Source of the DNA: a virus
Lineage: Duplodnaviria; Caudoviricetes
IMG/VR virus record: IMGVR_UViG_3300025803_001552
Location: 1-24,242 of that record
Strand: one strand, 5' to 3'
Length of the DNA stretch: 24,242 nucleotides
The notes below the pieces were generated by a model. That model did no database searches. It had not been told where the DNA came from and worked only from the letters and a program-made list of their open reading frames with translations. The translations under genes were made by a program, and so were the position numbers. Positions 24,225-24,242 of this stretch are shown in pieces; position 1 is the first letter of the stretch, and each line of letters opens with the position of its first letter.

Positions 24225-24242
24225 AAGGAACCACAATGACCA
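24225..24242 (+). promoter_or_regulatory. Fifth start-associated sequence and start of a gene running off the window
   Basis: AAGGAACCAC-A-ATG (ATG at 24236). Confidence 0.7.

Larger units (their letters stand above)
1..24242. mobile_element. Tailed (siphovirus-like) phage or prophage, packaging/head/tail region; both ends lie outside the window
   Basis: Canonical order terS-terL-portal-protease-capsid-connector-tail tube-chaperone-tape measure-tail tip, with overlapping or abutting genes. No sheath gene. No att site or integrase visible, so free phage versus prophage cannot be decided. Confidence 0.95.

Noticed and set aside
20896-24242. CRISPR array or attC-type cassette array
   Set aside because: The repeats are short, irregularly spaced, non-palindromic and coincide with promoter and RBS positions; no cas or integrase gene is present.
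1-24242. tRNA, rRNA, endolysin or integrase genes, and a host assignment
   Set aside because: None recognised by eye. The host cannot be assigned from this window without searches.

Overview
The whole window reads as the late (virion morphogenesis) region of a tailed siphovirus-type phage or prophage, almost all on the minus strand. In transcription order (right to left) it holds: a small Zn-ribbon gene, a ParB-N/DNA methyltransferase, terS, an inverted two-gene cassette, terL, a portal-gpF fusion, prohead protease, HK97-type capsid, head-tail genes, two tail-tube paralogues, a tail chaperone with a -1 frameshift, tape measure, and an expanded tail-tip/fibre module. The most unusual part is the left end. 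Where a lysis cassette often sits, the tail operon runs without a break into a glycine-zipper membrane protein, a TatA/B-like protein, a clear but divergent TatC, and an unannotated ORF starting MKRRIFF plus a hydrophobic helix. This is a candidate phage-encoded twin-arginine export system with its own cargo. A second unusual feature is a set of plus-strand small-gene cassettes sharing a conserved promoter (TTGCnnTTGCnCC...TATAAT-like) and a conserved start-associated sequence (AGGAACCAC-ATG); one cassette splits terS from terL. No integrase, att site, RNA gene or CRISPR array was seen. All family calls are by-eye motif recognition; no searches were run.
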